A stretch of DNA of 60,049 nucleotides from an uncultured Bacteriovoracaceae bacterium (GTDB taxonomy: Bacteria > Bdellovibrionota > UBA1018), in the NCBI GenBank assembly GCA_964524175.1, contig CAZGCK010000004.1:6729-66777 (forward strand), read 5' to 3'. A program made the position numbers and the translations under genes. The notes under the pieces are model-generated. The model did no database searches. It was given only the letters and a program-made list of their open reading frames with translations, and was not told the origin of the DNA. Every line of letters begins with the position of its first letter. Within the stretch, counting starts at the first letter, position 1. Shown here in pieces: positions 58,493 through 60,049 of the stretch.

Positions 58493-59170
58493 TTACGGTT
58501 TATCTACGCTCCCGCGGCTAAATAGCCGGATCCCGAGTCCTATAGTTCGAACCTGGTCGCCCTCGACAACAAGGCCTGCGCCGTCGGGTAGAGCGTAAAT
58601 GGGTCGCTTGTGCGCACATTGATAGGCCCTGAGAATCTCGACCTCGCGCTTGCGGTTGTCGAAGTGTGGAAAAATCTCAAACGGCGCAAGTCCGAGCGCC
58701 TCGAAGCGCTTCATGCCGATCTCGTTGGGGTCAGGGTCAAGCCCTTTGACGCCGGCGAGCTTAATGGTGGGTGTTAAAATATGTGCGCCGGCGCTGAGTC
58801 CAGCGAGAATGCCGCCGCCTTCGGAGAACTCTCGAAGCAATGAGAGCAGTCCTGAGCGCCTCAGCGCATCGAGAAAGTAGAACGTGTTGCCGCCGGCGAG
58901 GTAAACGATGTGGGAATGGAGGGCCGAGCGGATCTGTGTTTTTGTGAGTTTCTGATCCGGCTCTAGGCAGCAGAACTCGTCCACGCCAAAGCGCGCATAT
59001 CGCCTCACTGAGCGCATGAAGTAAGTCTTGGATTGATCGGAGCAAAAAGGAATGTAGGTGAAGCGAATGGGGTCGTCGGTTTTTTGACGAACGAGCCTAA
59101 CGAGCTCTCGATGAAGCGTTTGGTTGCGCCGATTCTGTCCGCCAGAGTAAAGAACTAATGTTTTCATCAA
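58493..59170 (-). CDS. peptidase S51 (dipeptidase E-like) family protein
   Basis: YLAGGNTFYFL and GLSAGAHIL (nucleophile elbow) resemble peptidase E/cyanophycinase-type proteins. 225 aa. Confidence 0.7.
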   Translation of the reverse strand: MMKTLVLYSGGQNRRNQTLHRELVRLVRQKTDDPIRFTYIPFCSDQSKTYFMRSVRRYARFGVDEFCCLEPDQKLTKTQIRSALHSHIVYLAGGNTFYFLDALRRSGLLSLLREFSEGGGILAGLSAGAHILTPTIKLAGVKGLDPDPNEIGMKRFEALGLAPFEIFPHFDNRKREVEILRAYQCAHKRPIYALPDGAGLVVEGDQVRTIGLGIRLFSRGSVDKP

Positions 59171-59201
59171 TTTTGAGAATTCATTATCCGATGAGACTGG
59201 T

Positions 59202-60049
59202 ATGAAAGTCCAGTCAGCTCAAAGTTTATCGAATCGGACTTACTCTGAATTCGATCGCATCAACGGTGAGCACCCTTTTAAGGACTCCGTTCCGGAAGGA
59301 GTCGTGCAGTACCAGGTGCGTACGCGCTCAGGTGGTAAAGTCGCGTTTTTCAACTTCCCGCTCGCCAAAGAAATGGGGCTTCTCCCCTCGGATCATCCGG
59401 AGGCGATGAACGAAGCTTTGGAACGCAAGCTTCTCGAAACCTTCAGTCTCGTGATCATCAACGAATACGATATCCACGCAAAAATTCAGTACGCAGCCAA
59501 GGACATTCGGCCCAACCTCTACATGGCGACCCGTTACCTGCAGCTTCAGCATCCTAACAAGCAAGGGAGGACCTCTGGCGATGGTCGCGGCATTTGGAAC
59601 GGCGAGTTCAAGGGCAAAGGCGGACGCGCTTGGGACGTGACGAGCTCGGGCACTGGGGCGACTTGTCTGAGCCCTGCCGCGGCCAAAGAAGGGCGCTGGT
59701 TTAAGAGCGGAGATCGCAAGGTTTGCTATGGCAATGGCTACAATACGTTTGACGAGGGAATGGCCGCCGCTTTGATGAGCGAGATTTTTTATCAGAACGG
59801 GATTCGCACTGAACGAACGCTTTTGATCGTTGGGTTCTCCGGAAAAGAAGCGGGCACGACGATTAATGTGCGAGCAGGGTTGAATCTCATGAGGCCCTCT
59901 CACTTCTTCTGCCATCTCAAGCAGGGCAACTACGCCAATCTAAAGTCGATCGTTGATCTTTACTACGACCGCCAAGTCAGGAACCTGGATTGGCCAAAGT
60001 CATTCACGGGCGAGAAAAAGTACCGTTTTTTGACCGAAGAAGTGGCTCG
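59202..60049 (+). CDS. SelO/YdiU (UPF0061)-like protein, divergent; 3'-partial
   Basis: The frame is open from the ATG at 59202 to the window end (not in the ORF track because it has no stop). TSGDGRGIW...KGKGGRAWDVTSSGTGAT...GMAAALMSEIFYQNGIRTERTL parallels the SelO pattern GDGRA...KGAG.T...E...SEAM..LGIPT.R.L. Confidence 0.5.
   Translation, partial: MKVQSAQSLSNRTYSEFDRINGEHPFKDSVPEGVVQYQVRTRSGGKVAFFNFPLAKEMGLLPSDHPEAMNEALERKLLETFSLVIINEYDIHAKIQYAAKDIRPNLYMATRYLQLQHPNKQGRTSGDGRGIWNGEFKGKGGRAWDVTSSGTGATCLSPAAAKEGRWFKSGDRKVCYGNGYNTFDEGMAAALMSEIFYQNGIRTERTLLIVGFSGKEAGTTINVRAGLNLMRPSHFFCHLKQGNYANLKSIVDLYYDRQVRNLDWPKSFTGEKKYRFLTEEVA

Noticed and set aside
1-60049. A search for mobile elements, integrases, toxin-antitoxin pairs, restriction or defence genes, CRISPR arrays and rRNA or tRNA genes.
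   Set aside because: None were recognised in any frame. The only compositional island (37118-39500) lacks mobility genes or flanking repeats.

Overview
A gene-dense, GC-rich chromosomal segment made up mostly of housekeeping genes. Gene content (a Glt/Nfs-like envelope operon and an AgmX/PglI-type TonB-C-like domain) suggests a Bdellovibrionota/Myxococcota-type bacterium; this is inference only. Left third: a 5'-partial coiled-coil ORF, dapF, a small DUF3820-like gene, an eight-gene translationally coupled purine operon (purF-C-D-N-L-Q-H-M), and an AddB/AddA-type helicase-nuclease pair. Middle: a five-gene tightly coupled envelope operon. It encodes an OM beta-barrel, a 542-aa helical-repeat protein, a 1247-aa TPR protein, a small single-TM protein and an FHA-TM-TonB_C-like protein, and it resembles the core of the Myxococcus Glt/Nfs machinery. 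Next come DUF885, sodB and an ExbB-ExbD-ExbD (AglRQS-like) motor operon, then RDD, a decayed SIS gene, trxA and polA. A low-GC insert carries an orphan PAS histidine kinase. Right: a frameshifted M19-like dipeptidase, a predicted beta-barrel with one CxxCH motif, and an uncharacterised coupled module downstream of rpiB-glyA-nrdR-nusB. The fab operon follows (yceD-rpmF-fabH-[lipoprotein hydrolase]-fabD-fabG-acpP-fabF, no plsX), then a nagA-like gene, a Lys/Ala-rich protein interrupted by an in-frame TAA, htrA, an S51 peptidase and a 3'-partial SelO-like gene. I saw no rRNA, tRNA, CRISPR array, transposase or integrase. The best candidate for an under-described system is the Glt/Nfs-like operon plus its nearby motor. 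Four ORFs are disrupted, three of them at short homopolymers, so assembly error and real gene decay must be separated first.
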